This document shows, in pieces, positions 22,072-32,666 of a DNA stretch of 64,000 nt. Each line of letters begins with the position of its first letter. The stretch's first letter is position 1. The position numbers were made by a program, and so were the translations under genes. This DNA is from Psilocybe cubensis (Eukaryota), in the NCBI GenBank assembly GCA_017499595.2, contig CM039006.1, positions 1 through 64,000 of the forward strand. Reading direction: 5' to 3'. The notes beneath the pieces were generated by a model. It was given only the letters and a program-made list of their open reading frames with translations. It did no database searches and was not told the DNA's origin.

Positions 22072-25000
22072 CGCTGAAAAAGTTGAAGCTGCTGAGCAGA
22101 TAAGTATCGAAAGTGATAACGAGATAATACTTCATAGACGTTCAATCTCACAAGAGAGGGAACATCCAGAATTTGGCAGAATATCCAAATCTTACAACCG
22201 ATGAAAAGAATACTAGCGCTTAAGGCGTAAAGCATTAGAAAAAAACCCTAACCCTAAACCTAAACCTAAACCCTAAACCCTAAACCCTAAACCCTAACCT
22301 AACCCCAACCCTAAGCTAACTAAGTCTAACCTTAGTAGGAAGTAAGGTAGGCGTGTGAACTTCCGAACGGCATGTGATTGTGAAGGGCCGGATCTAATTT
22401 AGTACATGGGAAAAGTTACTTAGTACTTCGGGAAAAGTTCCTTAATACCGTGGAAACATTTTTGATGGACCGGATCATGAACTGTCCAATTAAGATTCAC
22501 AACAATCAATCATTCTATTGTTTGATTGTTAGGTAAGGACCCAGGTAAGTTATTTATACTCTAGACATGTGAATATTCCCATGTCGCGGTTACTCGGAGC
22601 CACGTAACCATAGTAATCTATATCCATGTGATTCACATCACAGTCAATAACCCACGATGTCAAAGAACAAAAGTGTTGGATCCACTTTTGACAGGTTACC
22701 ATGTGCCACATCGACCCGTGACACTCTGTTCATCAGAGACCTGTCTAACTTGACAATAAACATTGACAGATTTGTGATAGTCGGTAAGATACATGACAGC
22801 TGCGCAGCATCACTTCACGCGCTGTCATCGGATGTCTAGAACATTCCTTCTAAGAATAGCCACTGAAGAGTCTATAAAGACGAAAGGGCTGGTTGTTGGG
22901 ATCCCCCAACAGCCCTCTGGCTACTTTCCATTTAACTCCCAGTTTAAACTAGTCGCTCGCACCTCGCTTCGCTCGGTGCTCGCTCCCCCCCTAAACCCAA
23001 CGACTTTGCTATTATCCATCAGCCACTATGTCATCTCAATACTCTGCTGCTTTCTCTCGTGCCATGTCCCCCACCCTGGACGCACTCACCCAGGCCGTCG
23101 TCAACAACACCGTTTTCGGCGTCAACGATGAAGCAGGCCGCCATAACGCTCTGATCGACGAGCTGGCCACTGTGGTCATCAAAAAAATAGCTGAGTGCCG
23201 CTCCGTTGACCAAGTCATAGACTGCGTCTTTTTTGACTATCGTGCTGCCCTTAGGGAGTTTCTCCTCAACCTCGCATCGTGGTGCGATAAGAGGGAAACA
23301 GTCAAGGCTAGCCTCGAGCGCCTTGAATCTGCCGTTAGCGCAGGCAACACGCCCAATCGCCTTAAGGTGAAGGCACCCGAGTTCCAACTTACGAAGGAAT
23401 TCGCGAATGCCGGGTCAGCGGAGGCTCTTCGAGTCTCCACTACGTTCTCTACCGCTCGTGACGCCTTCCAAAAGGCAATTAACGACGGCGCCATTCAGGC
23501 GAAAAAGGACGAGCTGACTTTTTGGGATGATAAATGCGCACTCAACTCTTGCTACGAAGCTGCTGCCCTCATCGTTAAGGCAACTTACGATGATCGCAAA
23601 TCCAGCTACAAGCTCCCTGTTTTCTCTACAGATAACAAGGGAGTTCGACGTATAGCAGAGTGGGTAGTGTCTCCGCAAAAGAAAGCCGAATGCAGTGCGC
23701 TGCAAACCATACTGCCGGCGATCTTTTCTCACATCAAACAAATTGTCAACATGCGCCACCGCGCTTTGGCAATTAAGATTGAGAAAAAGCGGACGACTGC
23801 GGCAACAGCCGATGTCGAGATGGCCGACGCGACCAAACCAGGTCCGTCGATTCAATCCCTTATTGATAAGGGCTTGAATGCACGTCTCAAGAAGCTCAAC
23901 CTTGGATCTGTGGGCAAGAAGGCAAGTTTTCGTAACCCTTCACCCATAATTCTGGATACTAATTACTACTCTAATTACCCAGACTTTGTCTGGCCAGAAT
24001 TCATCCAAGGCTCCTCAACCTCAGGCCAAGAAAGCTGGCCCTTCGAAACCCAAGTCGTCGTCGACGCCTTCGCAACGCAAGCCTCAAACCAAGGCTTCCA
24101 ACAAGGTCGACAACAAGAAGAAAGGGAAGGGGAGAGCTCCCGTCAAGAACGATCCAAAGGGAAAGGGAAAGGCAAGAGCCTAGATGCGCGGTCTAATGTA
24201 GTACCTTTTACGTCGGTGAGACCCGCCTTCCCCAACTCTATTCCTGACGATATACTCACCATGACTAAAACAGACGCAGTTTCTTTCGTACACTTACATA
24301 CTCCAATATCATTCTTGTTGGCTGGCCAGTATCGTAGTAGTGTACATTGTAGTCCTGGTGTTTCTGTCCCTGTTGATGTAGCAAACGATCTCTCTCTCGG
24401 ACTTAATTATATGTTTTTCACTCTGCCTTCTAAAAGTCTGATCATGCAAGCATGGAATGATTTCCAACGAAGAATAAGATGGCGTATCTATTTTTTGTTT
24501 AAGGAAGGCATGAATAAACCTTTTGATCCAGATTATGGAGTAAGCTCAAAAAAGAAAGAGAAACCTCCTGTATTACCGCAATATATGGAACTTGGCCTTT
24601 CGATGGGACGTCGGTACGTGCAACGCACGATCGCAAGTATCCCGGAAGAAGCCCTTACGGAGATGCGAAAGCACGCGTTCTCTCCTAAAAGGGACAAGAT
24701 CCGTAAGTTTCTTATCGATAACAACTATGTTATTACGATGACAGATAAGAATCTTGGCCTCGCGGTGTCTGAACGCGACTGGATATTAAGGAATGAGCTC
24801 AATCTTCTTGAAGATGAACGTAATTACGAAGAGTTAGAATTCGAAGTTGCGCAAGAAGTTATGAAGAGCAAAATGATTCAGATGCAAACGCTCGCACGTA
24901 CTGTCGAAGATGAACATCTGTTTCTATTTGAACTTGGGTTGTCTCGATTCTTTCTATCGAATGTACCGGAAGACGGATCATCGTTCAAGTATCCTCAATT

Positions 25001-27412
25001 TCATGGTATACCTAAAATCCACAAGAAACCTACTGGATTTAGGCCCATAATTCCGTGTCACTCTGTAGTATTTAATCCTGCAGCCAAGTTTGTATCAAAA
25101 GAGCTTAAGCCGATTATTAAATCGACTCCTTCAATCATACACGGAACGAAGGATCTCTTTACGAGATTAAGCCAATTGCGTATAGACTCCAAAAGACAAT
25201 GGTATTTTGTCACTGGAGATGTAGTTGCTTTCTATCCCAATATTCCGTTGGACTTGTGCATCGAAATCGTTTGTAGTATGTACGAGGAATGGTTACTCAA
25301 CGCTTCGGAAGAAAACACTGCATTAGCCCATATTAATCCAAATTCGTTAGAGAATAACTTGGTTAAATTGGGCATCTTTAAACGTGCTATCGAGATTGGC
25401 AATACGCAATTGATAACACAACATGGGTCTAGATATTTTAGACAAAAAAATGGCCTCGCAATGGGCGTCGCGGATTCTCCGGACCTTGCTAACCTCTTTG
25501 GAGCCCATTTTGAAATAAAGTCAAAAATCTTAGACCACCCAAACGTGGCCTTCTATGGAAGGTACATCGACGATTGTTTCGCAATTGTTTACGCCGAGTC
25601 CGAAGCACTTGCACTTAATCTTATTAAAGAAACAATAAAGTTCGATGGTTGTGTTATCGAATGGGCTGTTTCCTCGTCGGGATGTCAATTTCTCGATGCT
25701 TTCATATTCAAGGAGTCTGGAAAACTTCATTGGAAGCCTTTTGTCAAGACAGGAAACAACCGAGAACGAGTTCCATGGGTATCACATCATCCTTTGGACG
25801 TCAAACGTGGCGTCTACATTGGAGAGTTATCCAGGTTAGCCGTGCTATGTAGTACCAAGGAAATCTACATCGGAGCAATTAGAGACCTTAACGCTCTCTA
25901 TTTGATGCGCGGTTATCCCGAAAACCTAGTCATATCTTGGTGTAAGAAGAATATACAAGAACGTTGGGAAAAGCGATTCGCTTTACGAGTCGCAGAGCAC
26001 GACGAATCCATTCTTGTACTTAAAACCAGATTTGATCAGGTATGGAATTGGTTTTCAGCTGCTGAACTTGGAAAAACTGTTACCGAGTACTGGTCGGCAT
26101 GGTATGAACATGCCGAGAAAGGTTTGTATAGTGCAGACTCGTCCAGACCCCTTATCAAACCAGATCCAAATTACGTTCACGACCTCGATGATGTTCGCCC
26201 GGAGCTGTTCACACAGATCCTCGTGGACGGAGAAACTGAGTTCGTACCGGATTTGAGGAAGATAGGACTACTCGGAAGTCGTTGGATAGTATCGCGAAAA
26301 CGCAATACTAATCTTTTCGACCTTGCAAATGTGTGGAAGAAAACAGTCTTTCGTAAACTGGATGAAGACATCGCTGAAAAAGGTGGTGTTGTTCCCGAAA
26401 CTCAAAACGTTAATGAAACTTATCATTCTGCTTTAGTTGAAGCTGCTGAGCAGATAAGTATCGAAAGTGATAACGAGATAATACTTCATAGACGTTCAAT
26501 CTCACAAGAGAGGGAACATCCAGAATTTGGCAGAATATCCAAATCTTACAACCGATGAAAAGAATACTAGCGCTTAAGGCGTAAAGCATTAGAAAAAAAC
26601 CCTAACCGTAAGTATTCCTTGCTATAAAGTAACAAACATCTACTTACAAGCAACACATTGGATTGAATAGCTAAACCTAAACCTAAACCCTAAACCCTAA
26701 ACCCTAAACCCTAACCTAACCCCAACCCTAAGCTAACTAAGTCTAACCTTAGTAGGAAGTAAGGTAGGCGTGTGAACTTCCGAACGGCATGTGATTGTGA
26801 AGGGCCGGATCTAATTTAGTACATGGGAAAAGTTACTTAGTACTTCGGGAAAAGTTCCTTAATACCGTGGAAACATTTTTGATGGACCGGATCATGAACT
26901 GTCCAATTAAGATTCACAACAATCAATCATTCTATTGTTTGATTGTTAGGTAAGGACCCAGGTAAGTTATTTATACTCTAGACATGTGAATATTCCCATG
27001 TCGCGGTTACTCGGAGCCACGTAACCAGAGTAATCTATATCCATGTGATTCACATCACAGTCAATAACCCACGATGTCAAAGAACAAAAGTGTTGGATCC
27101 ACTTTTGACAGGTTACCATGTGCCACATCGACCCGTGACACTCTGTTCATCAGAGACCTGTCTAACTTGACAATAAACATTGACAGATTTGTGATAGTCG
27201 GTAAGATACATGACAGCTGCGCAGCATCACTTCACGCGCTGTCATCGGATGTCTAGAACATTCCTTCTAAGAATAGCCACTGAAGAGTCTATAAAGACGA
27301 AAGGGCTGGTTGTTGGGATCCCCCAACAGCCCTCTGGCTACTTTCCATTTAACTCCCAGTTTAAACTAGTCGCTCGCACCTCGCTTCGCTCGGTGCTCGC
27401 TCCCCCCCTAAA
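22072..27412 (+). mobile_element. Unit 7 (subfamily B): spliced ORF end/3' UTR + full unspliced ORF + 3' UTR
   Basis: Upstream part lacks the 54-nt and 63-nt introns; downstream part retains both. Confidence 0.88.
23028..26558 (+). CDS. Penelope-like ORF1-RT protein, 1176 aa, subfamily B
   Basis: Translation matches 17681-21211. Confidence 0.95.
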   Translation: MSSQYSAAFSRAMSPTLDALTQAVVNNTVFGVNDEAGRHNALIDELATVVIKKIAECRSVDQVIDCVFFDYRAALREFLLNLASWCDKRETVKASLERLESAVSAGNTPNRLKVKAPEFQLTKEFANAGSAEALRVSTTFSTARDAFQKAINDGAIQAKKDELTFWDDKCALNSCYEAAALIVKATYDDRKSSYKLPVFSTDNKGVRRIAEWVVSPQKKAECSALQTILPAIFSHIKQIVNMRHRALAIKIEKKRTTAATADVEMADATKPGPSIQSLIDKGLNARLKKLNLGSVGKKASFRNPSPIILDTNYYSNYPDFVWPEFIQGSSTSGQESWPFETQVVVDAFATQASNQGFQQGRQQEEREGESSRQERSKGKGKGKSLDARSNVVPFTSVRPAFPNSIPDDILTMTKTDAVSFVHLHTPISFLLAGQYRSSVHCSPGVSVPVDVANDLSLGLNYMFFTLPSKSLIMQAWNDFQRRIRWRIYFLFKEGMNKPFDPDYGVSSKKKEKPPVLPQYMELGLSMGRRYVQRTIASIPEEALTEMRKHAFSPKRDKIRKFLIDNNYVITMTDKNLGLAVSERDWILRNELNLLEDERNYEELEFEVAQEVMKSKMIQMQTLARTVEDEHLFLFELGLSRFFLSNVPEDGSSFKYPQFHGIPKIHKKPTGFRPIIPCHSVVFNPAAKFVSKELKPIIKSTPSIIHGTKDLFTRLSQLRIDSKRQWYFVTGDVVAFYPNIPLDLCIEIVCSMYEEWLLNASEENTALAHINPNSLENNLVKLGIFKRAIEIGNTQLITQHGSRYFRQKNGLAMGVADSPDLANLFGAHFEIKSKILDHPNVAFYGRYIDDCFAIVYAESEALALNLIKETIKFDGCVIEWAVSSSGCQFLDAFIFKESGKLHWKPFVKTGNNRERVPWVSHHPLDVKRGVYIGELSRLAVLCSTKEIYIGAIRDLNALYLMRGYPENLVISWCKKNIQERWEKRFALRVAEHDESILVLKTRFDQVWNWFSAAELGKTVTEYWSAWYEHAEKGLYSADSSRPLIKPDPNYVHDLDDVRPELFTQILVDGETEFVPDLRKIGLLGSRWIVSRKRNTNLFDLANVWKKTVFRKLDEDIAEKGGVVPETQNVNETYHSALVEAAEQISIESDNEIILHRRSISQEREHPEFGRISKSYNR

Positions 27413-27475
27413 CCCTAAACCCTAAACCCTAAACCCTAAACCCTAAACCCTAAACCCTAACCCTAAACCCTAAAC

Positions 27476-30400
27476 CTAAACCTAAACCTAAACCCTAAAC
27501 CCTAAACCCTAAGCCCTAACCTAACCCCAACCCTAAGCTAACTAAGTCTAACCTTAGTAGGAAGTAAGGTAGGCGTGTGAACTTCCGAAAGGCATGTGAT
27601 TGTGAAGGGCCGGATCTAATTTAGTACATGGGAAAAGTTACTTAGTACCTCGGGAAAAGTTCCTTAGTACCGTGGAAACATTTTTGATGGACCGGATCAT
27701 GAACTGTCCAATTAAGATTCACAACAATCAATCAATTGATTGTTAGGTAAGGACCCAGGTAAGCTATTTATACTCTTGACATGAGAATATTCCCATGTCA
27801 CGGTTACTCGGAGCCACGTAACCAGAGTATTTTATATCCATGTGATTCACATCACAGTCAATAACCCACGATGTCAAAGAACAAAAGTGTTGGATCCACT
27901 TTTGACAGGTTACCATGTGCCACATCGACCCGTGACACTCTGTTCATCAGAGATCTGTCTAACTTGACAATAAACATTGACAGATTTGTGATAGTCGGTA
28001 AGATACATGACAGCTGCGCAGCATCACTTCACGCGCTGTCATCGGATGTTCCAGAACATTCCTTCTAAGAATAGCCACTGAAGAGTCTATAAAGACGAAA
28101 GGGCTGGCTGCTGATAACAATCAACAGCCCTCTGGCCTTCTTTCCATTTAACTCACAGTTTAAACAAGTCGCTCGCACCTCGCTTCGCTCGGTGCTCGCT
28201 CCCCCCCTAAACCCAACGACTTTGCTATTACCCAACAGCTACTATGTCTTCCACTTACTCTGCTGCCTTCTCTCGTGCCATGTCCCCCACCCTGGACGCA
28301 CTCACCCAGGCTGTCGTCAACAACACAGTTTTTGGCGTCAACGACGAAGCTGGCCGCCACAACGCCCTCATCGACGAGTTGGCCACTGTCGTCATCAAGA
28401 AAATAGCTGAGTGCCGCTCCATTGACCAGATTGTAGACTGCGTCTTTTTTGACTATCGTGCTGCCCTTAGGGAGTTTCTCCTCAACCTCGCATCGTGGTG
28501 CGATAAGAGGGAAACAGTCAAGGCTAGCCTCGAGCGCCTTGAACTTGCCGTTAGCGCAGGCAACACCCCCAATCGCCTTCGGGTGAAGGCTCCCGAGTTC
28601 CAACTTACGAAGGAATTCGCGGATGCCGGGTCAGCGGAAGCTCTTCGAGTTTCCTCTACGTTCTCCACCGCTCGTGATGTCTTCCAAAAGGCAATCAACG
28701 ACGGCGCCATTCAGGCGAAAAAGGACGAACTGGCCTTTTGGGATGATAAATGCGCACTCAATAACTGTTATGAAGCTGCTGCCCTCATCGTTAAGACAAC
28801 TTACGATGATCGCAAATCCAGCTATAAGCTCCCCGTTTTCTCTACAGACAACAAGGGAGTTCGTCGAATAACAGATTGGGTAGTGTCACCGCAGAAGAAG
28901 GCTGAATGCAGCGCATTGCAAACCATTTTGCCAGCCATCTTCTCTCATATCAAACAGATTGTCAACTTGCGCCACCGCGCTTTGGCAATCAAGATTGAGA
29001 AAAAGCGGTCGACTGCGGCAACAGCCGATGTCGAGATGGCCGATGCGACCAAACCAGGTCCATCGATTCAATCCCTTATTGATAAGGGCTTGAATGCACG
29101 TCTCAAGAAGCTCAACCTTGGATCTGTGGGCAAGAAGGCAAGTTCTCGTAACCCTTCACCCATAATTCTGGATACTAATTACTATTCTAATTACCCAGAC
29201 TTTGTCTGGCCAGAATTCGTCCAAGGCTCCTCAACCTCAGGCCAAGAAAGCTGGCCCTTCGAAATTCAAACCCTCGTCGACGCCTTCGCAGAAGAAGCCC
29301 CAAACCAAGGCTTCCAACAAGGTCGACAACAAGAAGAAAGGGAAGGGGAGAGCTCCCGTCAAGAACGATCCAAAGGGAAAGGGAAAGGCAAGAGCCTAGA
29401 CGCGCGGTCTAATGTAGTACCTTTTACGTCGGTAAGACCCGCCTTCCCCAACTCTATTCCTGACGATATACTCACCATGACTAAAACAGACGCAGTTTCT
29501 TTTGTACACTTACATACGCCGATCTCATTCTTGTTGGCTGGCCAGTATCGTAGTAGTGTACACTGTAGTCCTGGTGTGGTGGTCCCTGTAGATATAGCAA
29601 ATGATTTGTCACTCGGACTCAATTATATGTTTTTTACTCTGCCTTCTCAAAGTCTGATCATGCAAGCATGGAATGATTTTCAACGAAGAATAAGATGGCG
29701 TATCTATTTTTTGTTTAAGGAAGGCATGAACAAACCTTTTGATCCAGATTACGGAGTAAGCTCAAAAAAGAAAGAGAAACCTCCAGTATTACCGCAATAC
29801 ATGGAACTTGGCCTTTCGATGGGACGTCGGTACGTGCAACGCACGATCGCAAGTATCCCGGAAGAAGCCCTTACGGAGATGCGAAAGCACGCGTTCTCTC
29901 CTAAAAGGGACAAGATCCGTAAGTTTCTTATCGATAACAACTATGTTATTACGATGACAGATAAGAATCTTGGCCTCGCGGTGTCTGAACGCGACTGGAT
30001 ATTAAGGAATGAGCTCAATCTTCTTGAAGATGAACGTAACTATGAAGAGTTAGAATTCGAAGTTGCGCAAGAAGTAATGAAGAGCAAAATGATCCAGATG
30101 CAAACTCTTGCACGTACCGTCGAAGATGAACATCTGTTTCTATTTGAACTTGGGTTGTCTCGATTCTTTCTATCGAATGTACCGGAAGACGGATCATCGT
30201 TCAAGTATCCTCAATTTCATGGTATACCTAAAATCCACAAAAAACCTACTGGATTTAGGCCCATAATTCCGTGTCACTCTGTAGTATTTAATCCTGCAGC
30301 CAAGTTTGTATCAAAAGAGCTTAAGCCGATTATTAAATCGACTCCTTCAATCATTCACGGAACGAAGGATCTCTTTACGAGATTAAGCCAATTGCGTATA

Positions 30401-32622
30401 GACCCCAAACGACAATGGTATTTTGTCACCGGGGATGTAGTTGCTTTCTATCCCAATATTCCGTTGGACTTGTGCATCGAAATCGTTTGTAATATGTACG
30501 AGGAATGGTTACTCAACGCTTCGGAAGAAAACACTGCATTAGCCCATATTAATCCAAATTCGTTAGAGAATAACTTGGTTAAATTGGGCATCTTTAAACG
30601 TGCTATCGAGATTGGCAATACGCAATTGATAACACAACATGGGTCTAGATATTTTAGACAAAAAAATGGCCTCGCAATGGGCGTCGCGGATTCTCCGGAC
30701 CTTGCTAACCTCTTTGGAGCCCATTTTGAAATAAAGTCAAAAATCTTAGACCACCCAAACGTGGCCTTCTATGGAAGGTACATCGACGATTGTTTCGCAA
30801 TTGTTTACGCCGAGTCCGAAGCACTTGCACTTAATCTTATTAAAGAAACAATAAAGTTCGATGGTTGTGTTATCGAATGGGCTGTTTCCTCGTCGGGATG
30901 TCAATTTCTCGATGCTTTCATATTCAAGGAGTCTGGAAAACTTCATTGGAAGCCATTTGTCAAGACAGGAAACAACCGAGAACGAGTTCCATGGGTATCA
31001 CATCATCCTTTGGACGTCAAACGTGGCGTCTACATTGGAGAGTTATCCAGGTTAGCCGTGCTATGTAGTACCAAGGAAATCTACATCGGAGCAATTAGAG
31101 ACCTTAACGCTCTCTATTTGATGCGCGGTTATCCCGAAAACCTAGTCATGTCTTGGTGTAAGAAGAATATACAAGAACGTTGGGAAAAGCGATTCGCTTT
31201 ACGAGTCGCAGAGCACGACGAATCCATTCTTGTACTTAAAACCAGATTTGATCAGGTATGGAATTGGTTTTCAGCTGCTGAACTTGGAAAAACTGTTACC
31301 GAGTACTGGTCGGCATGGTATGAACATGCCGAGAAAGGTTTGTATAGTGCAGACTCGTCCAGACCCCTTATCAAACCAGATCCAAATTACGTTCACGACC
31401 TCGATGATGTTCGCCCGGAGCTGTTCACACAGATCCTCGTGGACGGAGAAACTGAGTTCGTACCGGATTTGAGGAAGATAGGACTACTCGGAAGTCGTTG
31501 GATAGTATCGCGAAAACGCAATACTAATCTTTTCGACCTTGCAAATGTGTGGAAGAAAACAGTCTTTCGTAAACTGGATGAAGACATCGCTGAAAAAGGT
31601 GGTGTTGTTCCCGAAACTCAAAACGTTAATGAAACTTATCATTCTGCTTTAGTTGAAGCTGCTGAACAGATAAGTATCGAAAGTGATAACGAGATAATAC
31701 TTCATAGACGTTCAATCTCACAAGAGAGGGAACATCCAGAATTCGGCAGAATATCCAAATCTTACAACCGATGAAAAGAATACTAGCGCGTAAGGCGTAA
31801 AGCATTAGAAAAAAACCCTAACCGTAAGTATTCCTTGCTACAAAGTAACAAACATCTACTTACAAGCAACACATTGGATTAAATAGCTAAACCTAAACCT
31901 AAACCCTAAACCCTAAACCCTAAGCCCTAACCTAACCCCAACCCTAAGCTAACTAAGTCTAACCTTAGTAGGAAGTAAGGTAGGCGTGTGAACTTCCGAA
32001 AGGCATGTGATTGTGAAGGGCCGGATCTAATTTAGTACATGGGAAAAGTTACTTAGTACCTCGGGAAAAGTTCCTTAGTACCGTGGAAACATTTTTGATG
32101 GACCGGATCATGAACTGTCCAATTAAGATTCACAACAATCAATCAATTGATTGTTAGGTAAGGACCCAGGTAAGCTATTTATACTCTTGACATGAGAATA
32201 TTCCCATGTCACGGTTACTCGGAGCCACGTAACCAGAGTATTTTATATCCATGTGATTCACATCACAGTCAATAACCCACGATGTCAAAGAACAAAAGTG
32301 TTGGATCCACTTTTGACAGGTTACCATGTGCCACATCGACCCGTGACACTCTGTTCATCAGAGATCTGTCTAACTTGACAATAAACATTGACAGATTTGT
32401 GATAGTCGGTAAGATACATGACAGCTGCGCAGCATCACTTCACGCGCTGTCATCGGATGTTCCAGAACATTCCTTCTAAGAATAGCCACTGAAGAGTCTA
32501 TAAAGACGAAAGGGCTGGCTGCTGATAACAATCAACAGCCCTCTGGCCTTCTTTCCATTTAACTCACAGTTTAAACAAGTCGCTCGCACCTCGCTTCGCT
32601 CGGTGCTCGCTCCCCCCCTAAA
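27476..32622 (+). mobile_element. Unit 8 (subfamily A): partial 3' UTR + intron-less hammerhead + full ORF + 3' UTR
   Basis: UTR repeated at a 4411-bp period; same layout as unit 1 minus the 929-nt intron; preceded by telomeric tract ~27406-27475. Confidence 0.9.
28244..31774 (+). CDS. Penelope-like ORF1-RT protein, 1176 aa, subfamily A
   Basis: Translation matches 1846-5376. Confidence 0.95.
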   Translation: MSSTYSAAFSRAMSPTLDALTQAVVNNTVFGVNDEAGRHNALIDELATVVIKKIAECRSIDQIVDCVFFDYRAALREFLLNLASWCDKRETVKASLERLELAVSAGNTPNRLRVKAPEFQLTKEFADAGSAEALRVSSTFSTARDVFQKAINDGAIQAKKDELAFWDDKCALNNCYEAAALIVKTTYDDRKSSYKLPVFSTDNKGVRRITDWVVSPQKKAECSALQTILPAIFSHIKQIVNLRHRALAIKIEKKRSTAATADVEMADATKPGPSIQSLIDKGLNARLKKLNLGSVGKKASSRNPSPIILDTNYYSNYPDFVWPEFVQGSSTSGQESWPFEIQTLVDAFAEEAPNQGFQQGRQQEEREGESSRQERSKGKGKGKSLDARSNVVPFTSVRPAFPNSIPDDILTMTKTDAVSFVHLHTPISFLLAGQYRSSVHCSPGVVVPVDIANDLSLGLNYMFFTLPSQSLIMQAWNDFQRRIRWRIYFLFKEGMNKPFDPDYGVSSKKKEKPPVLPQYMELGLSMGRRYVQRTIASIPEEALTEMRKHAFSPKRDKIRKFLIDNNYVITMTDKNLGLAVSERDWILRNELNLLEDERNYEELEFEVAQEVMKSKMIQMQTLARTVEDEHLFLFELGLSRFFLSNVPEDGSSFKYPQFHGIPKIHKKPTGFRPIIPCHSVVFNPAAKFVSKELKPIIKSTPSIIHGTKDLFTRLSQLRIDPKRQWYFVTGDVVAFYPNIPLDLCIEIVCNMYEEWLLNASEENTALAHINPNSLENNLVKLGIFKRAIEIGNTQLITQHGSRYFRQKNGLAMGVADSPDLANLFGAHFEIKSKILDHPNVAFYGRYIDDCFAIVYAESEALALNLIKETIKFDGCVIEWAVSSSGCQFLDAFIFKESGKLHWKPFVKTGNNRERVPWVSHHPLDVKRGVYIGELSRLAVLCSTKEIYIGAIRDLNALYLMRGYPENLVMSWCKKNIQERWEKRFALRVAEHDESILVLKTRFDQVWNWFSAAELGKTVTEYWSAWYEHAEKGLYSADSSRPLIKPDPNYVHDLDDVRPELFTQILVDGETEFVPDLRKIGLLGSRWIVSRKRNTNLFDLANVWKKTVFRKLDEDIAEKGGVVPETQNVNETYHSALVEAAEQISIESDNEIILHRRSISQEREHPEFGRISKSYNR

Positions 32623-32666
32623 ACCCTAAACCCTAAACCCTAAACCCTAAACCCTAAACCCTAAAC

